Of a stretch of DNA of 64,000 nucleotides, positions 60,071 through 64,000 are shown in pieces. Origin of the DNA: Chloroflexota bacterium (lineage in GTDB: Bacteria; Chloroflexota; Anaerolineae; Anaerolineales; Villigracilaceae); assembly GCA_024224815.1 (NCBI GenBank), contig JAAENC010000726.1:3774-67773 (forward strand), in the 5' to 3' direction. The notes below the pieces were generated by a model that worked only from the letters and a program-made list of their open reading frames with translations, was not told where the DNA came from and ran no database searches. Positions within the stretch are counted from its first letter, which is position 1, and each line of letters begins with the position of its first letter. Position numbers and translations under genes: made by a program.

Positions 60071-61021
60071 TTAAATTTCGTATTTAACCCCTGTAAGCTC
60101 TTCGGACATCTCCCATAATCTTTTAGCATTTTCATCGTTAAAATCTGGATTGGTGAGCGTTACCAGTTTGGGAAGTCCCCTCATGCCGCCTGTTTTCATG
60201 GGACTGACGAAATCGCCGTTTTTGAGCGTTTGATCTGTTGCGGCGCGCATAATGGGCAAAGAACCCTGATCGGGCGACATGGCAAGCAAAGCTTCAGCAA
60301 TGCCAAACATGAGTTTGAAGCCAAATGAACGCGTTGTGTAGGCGTTTTCTTTTAGGATATTTGTTTTGATAAAGCCAGGGTTTGCGGCAAGAACTTCAAC
60401 GCCTATACCGGCATTTTCAAAGCGTTTGCCAAGCTCATAGGCAAATAAATGAGTTGCCAATTTGCTCTGGTTATAGGCTTGCATGGCATCGTAGTTGCCT
60501 TCGAAGAAGAGATTGTCGAAATGCATTTTCCCCTGCTCACCATTCATGCTCCCGACAACGGCTATTCTCGAATTTTTTGTATTTGCAAGATGCTCCACAA
60601 GATAACTAGTTAAGGCAAAATGCCCCAGATGGTTGATGCCCATTTGCAGCTCGAAACCATCTTTTGTTTTCATGTCTGGGGTTTGTGCTACACCTGCATT
60701 ATTGATCAGGATATCGAGCGAAGCATATTTCTCCTTGAAGGCATCTGCAAACTTCTTGGCAGAGGTTAAATCTCCTAAATCCAGGTGGATAAAATCGAGT
60801 TTTGCGGCAGGGTTTTCGGTTTTTATGCTCTGCATCGCATCTTTTGCCTTTTGTGGATTGCGGCAAGCCATAATAATGGTGGCGCCTTTAGAGGCCATAA
60901 ATTTTGTGGCTGAAAGGCCGGTGCCGCTATTGGCTCCGGTGATTATGATGGTCTTCCCGCTCAGGTCGGGGAGGTTCTTTTCTGTCCACTTTATTGCGCT
61001 ATCTTTTTCTAGTTCTTTCAT
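60071..61021 (-). CDS. Short-chain dehydrogenase/reductase (retinol-dehydrogenase-like)
   Basis: TGANSGTGL cofactor motif, NNAG, YNQSK catalytic motif. Confidence 0.85.
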   Translation of the reverse strand: MKELEKDSAIKWTEKNLPDLSGKTIIITGANSGTGLSATKFMASKGATIIMACRNPQKAKDAMQSIKTENPAAKLDFIHLDLGDLTSAKKFADAFKEKYASLDILINNAGVAQTPDMKTKDGFELQMGINHLGHFALTSYLVEHLANTKNSRIAVVGSMNGEQGKMHFDNLFFEGNYDAMQAYNQSKLATHLFAYELGKRFENAGIGVEVLAANPGFIKTNILKENAYTTRSFGFKLMFGIAEALLAMSPDQGSLPIMRAATDQTLKNGDFVSPMKTGGMRGLPKLVTLTNPDFNDENAKRLWEMSEELTGVKYEI

Positions 61022-61037
61022 TTTTAGCTCCTTTTAG

Positions 61038-61052
61038 ATTGAATGTTCATTC
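61038..61052. promoter_or_regulatory. Possible TetR operator half-related site upstream of the SDR gene
   Basis: ATTGAATGTTCATTC resembles the palindrome at 61646-61665 (ATTGAATGAACGTTCAAT). Confidence 0.3.
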
Positions 61053-61071
61053 GGTGTATCTTAAAAAAATA

Positions 61072-61629
61072 TCAAAGAGTAATGGCGTTCCAGCAGGCGT
61101 CGGCAAGGGATTGCATAAGAGCATCATCCATTTCTAAAACGCCGCTAAGATGCCGCTTCACCATTGCAGTGGCTGGCGCAAAACTCAACTCATATAACGC
61201 CACCGGATGCAATGGGATAAAAACACCCTCTTCTAGCCCTTGGCCAAAGAGATGGAAAAAAGGTGCAACTTCTTCAGAGAAATCTTCTTCAACGTGTTTC
61301 ACAAGCGGAGAATTTTCAAATTGCTCATGAAAAAACACTCTAGCTGAGTTGCTGAGGCTGTAACGTACATAGTTGTACCAAAACATCATAAAGCGTTCCT
61401 GAAGAGGGAGTTCTTCAGAATAATTTGCTAGCATAGCCCGCATAAATCCAAGTTTTACCTCTTTATAGAGTTCATTCAGTAATTCATCTTTATTTGCAAA
61501 ATAATGATAGATAATGCCCGCACTCACCCCGGATGTCTTTGCGATCAGCGACATGGGCGTGTTATGAAAGCCTCGCTCTGAGATGAGGCTTAGGGTGGAT
61601 TCCAGAATGGCAGTGCGTTTATCTTTCAT
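61072..61629 (-). CDS. TetR/AcrR-family transcriptional regulator
   Basis: MKDKRTAILESTLSLISERGFHNTPMSLIAKTSGVSAGIIYHYF HTH. ATG at 61629; the track start at 61647 is TTG. Confidence 0.85.
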   Translation of the reverse strand: MKDKRTAILESTLSLISERGFHNTPMSLIAKTSGVSAGIIYHYFANKDELLNELYKEVKLGFMRAMLANYSEELPLQERFMMFWYNYVRYSLSNSARVFFHEQFENSPLVKHVEEDFSEEVAPFFHLFGQGLEEGVFIPLHPVALYELSFAPATAMVKRHLSGVLEMDDALMQSLADACWNAITL

Positions 61630-61645
61630 TTTCTCTTTTACAAAC

Positions 61646-61665
61646 AATTGAATGAACGTTCAATT
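61646..61665. promoter_or_regulatory. Palindromic candidate TetR operator
   Basis: AATTGAATGAACGTTCAATT: arms AATTGAA/TTCAATT and the internal perfect palindrome TGAACGTTCA, in the divergent tetR-GNAT intergenic region. Confidence 0.45.
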
Positions 61666-61701
61666 TTAGTGTATCGCACATAAAGAGTATCGTCAATATA
61701 A

Positions 61702-61748
61702 ACAATGCGTCTGAACAGAAAAGTTGGTAAACTTCACTTTCAACAAAA
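61702..61748 (+). repeat. 47-nt conserved sequence (copy 2)
   Basis: See 57604-57650. Here it forms the leader directly upstream of the GNAT start codon. Confidence 0.85.
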
Positions 61749-61767
61749 TAAGGCCAAGAGAGAAGAT

Positions 61768-62169
61768 ATGGAAATCAAATACCAAGAGTACCTGATCACA
61801 GATAATAAAAAACTGATCTCCCCCGAAATGGTCAAGATGCTGCTCGATAACTCTTATTGGGCGCCGGACAGAAGTATTGAATTGATAGCCACGACCATCG
61901 AGAACTCTATCTGTATATGCGTTTTTTATCAGGATGCGTTAATCGCTTTTGGAAGAGTCGTCACAGACAAATCTTTTTTCGCGTGGATCGCAGATGTGGT
62001 TGTCAGCCCACCACACAGAGGAAAAGGATTGGGGAAAGAGATCGTGCAATTCATCCAGGATCATCCTGATATCCCGGATTCGCTTCAGCTTTTGCGCACC
62101 AAAGACACACATGGGCTTTATGAGAAATATGGATTCTCCAGAAACGGGGATTTTATGGCGAAAAAGTAA
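61768..62169 (+). CDS. GNAT-family N-acetyltransferase
   Basis: ATG at 61768 (MEIKYQEY...). VVSPPHRGKGLGKEIV is GNAT motif A. The track ORF start (61705) lies inside the 47-nt repeat. Confidence 0.8.
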   Translation: MEIKYQEYLITDNKKLISPEMVKMLLDNSYWAPDRSIELIATTIENSICICVFYQDALIAFGRVVTDKSFFAWIADVVVSPPHRGKGLGKEIVQFIQDHPDIPDSLQLLRTKDTHGLYEKYGFSRNGDFMAKK

Positions 62170-62210
62170 AATTGTTTAAATAATTTAGCACTCAAAATAA
62201 AGAGGAAAAT

Positions 62211-63356
62211 ATGAAAATCATTATTCTAGGAGCAGGTTTGGTTGGTGCTCCGATGGCAATCGACTTGAACAAAGATACGGAATTCGACGTAACAGTTGCA
62301 GATTACAGCGCCCAAGCTTTGCAAAGTATAAAAGCAAAAGCACCTAAGCTATCGACTATCCAAAAAGACCTATCAAATCCCAAAGATGTGACCACCCTCG
62401 TAAGTGATTACGATCTTGTTGTAAATGCCGTCCCTGGATTTATGGGTTTTGAAACAGCGAAAGCCATCATAGAAGCAGGAAAAAACTGTGCCTGTATCGC
62501 ATTCTATGAAGAAGACCCTTTTGAACTGGATGCCTTGGCCAAAGCGAAAAACGTGACTATGATAATGGATTGCGGTGTTTATCCTGGTATGGGGAGTGCC
62601 CTGATTATGGATGTCGTTCAAAAATTGGATGAAGTAGACAGCGTACTCACTTATGTAGGCGGGTTACCCGAAATCAGAGAGTGGCCCAGCGAATACAAAG
62701 CCGTGTTTTCCCCCATCGATGTGATCGAGGAGTATATCCGTCCCGCCCGTTATGTAGAAAATGGATTTGAGATAGTACGCCCTGCCTTATCTGACCCTGA
62801 ATATATTTTCTTCCCCGAGATCGGCACCCTCGAAGCTTTCAATACCGATGGTCTAAGAACATTAGCTACAACTATTGACGCCCCAAATTTGAAAGAAAAG
62901 ACCTTGCGCTACCCCGGTCATATTGAAAAGATGACTGTTCTCAGAGAGCTGGGGTTCTTCTCGAAAGAGAAAAGTATAGAAATAGAAGGCGTGAAGGCCA
63001 GTCCGCTTGAAATAACGGCCCAGATATTATTTCCGAACTGGAAATTGAAGAAGGGAGAAGGCGATATTACCATTTTCCAATCTATTATTAAGGGAAGAAA
63101 AAATGGGCAGAAAGTGAAATATACAATTGATATGTACGATACTTACTGCCGAGATACAGATGTCATCTCAATGGCGCGCACAACCGGATATACAGCAACA
63201 CTAGCGATCCGTATGATCGCTGAAGGCCTTTATACCCACAAAGGCATATCGCCACCGGAATATATGGGGAAATATCCCGAATGCATTGAATTTATGCAAA
63301 AAGGTCTAAAAGAGAGAGATGTTAATTGGCGTATCTCTGAAGAAATACTAGCGTAG
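62211..63356 (+). CDS. Saccharopine dehydrogenase-family NAD(P)-binding oxidoreductase
   Basis: MKIIILGAGLVGAPMA Rossmann motif. Length and C-terminal RTTGYTATL are typical of the Sacchrp_dh family. Confidence 0.7.
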   Translation: MKIIILGAGLVGAPMAIDLNKDTEFDVTVADYSAQALQSIKAKAPKLSTIQKDLSNPKDVTTLVSDYDLVVNAVPGFMGFETAKAIIEAGKNCACIAFYEEDPFELDALAKAKNVTMIMDCGVYPGMGSALIMDVVQKLDEVDSVLTYVGGLPEIREWPSEYKAVFSPIDVIEEYIRPARYVENGFEIVRPALSDPEYIFFPEIGTLEAFNTDGLRTLATTIDAPNLKEKTLRYPGHIEKMTVLRELGFFSKEKSIEIEGVKASPLEITAQILFPNWKLKKGEGDITIFQSIIKGRKNGQKVKYTIDMYDTYCRDTDVISMARTTGYTATLAIRMIAEGLYTHKGISPPEYMGKYPECIEFMQKGLKERDVNWRISEEILA

Positions 63357-63365
63357 GAGAGATTA

Positions 63366-64000
63366 ATGGAGCGTTCCGAAATTGTCCAAAAATATCTTCA
63401 GCAGCTAGATTTGCATGGTCGCAGTCTGGATTTGAATTTTCTAAAAAAGATCAACACCCGACATGTAGCAACCTTCTCTTTCAGCAGCCTGGGCTGTCGA
63501 CTTGGCAATGAACTCCCGCTGGATATAGAATCACTCTATCAGCGCATTGTCGTCCAACGGCGTGGAGGCTATTGCTTTGAACAAAACGGCCTTATGTATG
63601 AAATATTGGAAGAGCTTGGCTTTAAAGTAAGGCTCTACCTTGCGCGTGTGATCTATAACCAAGATATACATCCCGGCCTAACCCATCGGATCACAATGGT
63701 CGAATTCGATGGAAAAGACTATATCCTCGATGTTGGCTTTGGTGCCGACGGCCCAAGAATACCCATCAGCATGTCGGGAAAAGAAATAAAAGATGGGGAT
63801 AGGAAATTCCGCATTTCAGAACCCCGAGCAGGCGAATTTCACATGCAGATTTTCCAGGATGGAAATTTCTTCTCCCTCTATCGATTTGAACTTGCTCGCT
63901 ACGGCCAATCGGATTGCGAACTCGGACATTTCTATTCGCACAAACACCCCAAAGCCGGTTTTGTAAATCATCTTGTCATTTCGCGTATTCTGGATAACGA
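63366..64000 (+). CDS. Arylamine N-acetyltransferase (partial; 3' end beyond window)
   Basis: Hand-translated MERSEIVQKYLQQL...RRGGYCFEQN (catalytic Cys)...THRITMV (His)...LDVGFG (Asp). Open to the window end. Confidence 0.8.
   Translation, partial: MERSEIVQKYLQQLDLHGRSLDLNFLKKINTRHVATFSFSSLGCRLGNELPLDIESLYQRIVVQRRGGYCFEQNGLMYEILEELGFKVRLYLARVIYNQDIHPGLTHRITMVEFDGKDYILDVGFGADGPRIPISMSGKEIKDGDRKFRISEPRAGEFHMQIFQDGNFFSLYRFELARYGQSDCELGHFYSHKHPKAGFVNHLVISRILDN

Noticed and set aside
59881-60135. A 67-aa minus-strand ORF (59932-60135), and a plus-strand open frame ending ...DMREAVFHPIKFRI that looked like a gene remnant.
   Set aside because: The minus ORF overlaps the SDR 3' end in another frame. 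The plus frame has no start codon, begins inside a repeat element and shows no recognisable motif, so there is too little evidence to call a pseudogene.
1-64000. Search for tRNA, rRNA, tmRNA, transposase or integrase genes.
   Set aside because: I recognised none by eye: no T-loop/acceptor-like cloverleaf candidates in the larger spacers and no DDE or tyrosine-recombinase motifs in any ORF. A tRNAscan/Infernal run is needed to be certain.

Overview
This 64-kb bacterial chromosomal segment has moderate GC and several stretches that look AT-richer by eye; no GC values were computed. Gene content and the dense palindromic intergenic repeats suggest a Chloroflexota/Anaerolineae-like genome, but that is only a guess. 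The backbone is housekeeping: the N-terminal 3.2 kb of an alpha-2-macroglobulin-like lipoprotein running off the left edge, a Zur-box-controlled znuA/znuC locus, a TPP-riboswitch-controlled thiamine salvage/uptake operon, radA, yebC-ruvC-ruvA, rsmI, uvrA, sbcD, an MsbA-like exporter, a response-regulator/GGDEF gene with an Hpt gene, and slyD. Candidate accessory modules are interleaved with it. They are: (1) a monocistronic TIR-NB-ARC-TPR STAND protein; (2) an orphan pair of a three-Cys Gp37/Gp68 (DUF5131) protein with a TcmP-like partner, convergent with uvrA; (3) an unrecognisable two-gene cassette (327 aa plus a 67-aa zinc-ribbon/tail-anchor protein) inside the thiamine operon; (4) two membrane-protein cassettes, each preceded by a copy of the 5' end of the downstream HD-hydrolase gene; (5) an Avd/23S-IVS-type four-helix-bundle gene bracketed by perfect 13-bp inverted repeats between znuA and znuC; (6) a LuxR-type STAND regulator. 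At least five families of short palindromic repeats are dispersed through the window, and one copy sits in frame inside the TIR-STAND gene. I saw no rRNA, tRNA, CRISPR array, transposase or integrase. All functional calls rest on motif recognition by eye and need HMM or structure confirmation.
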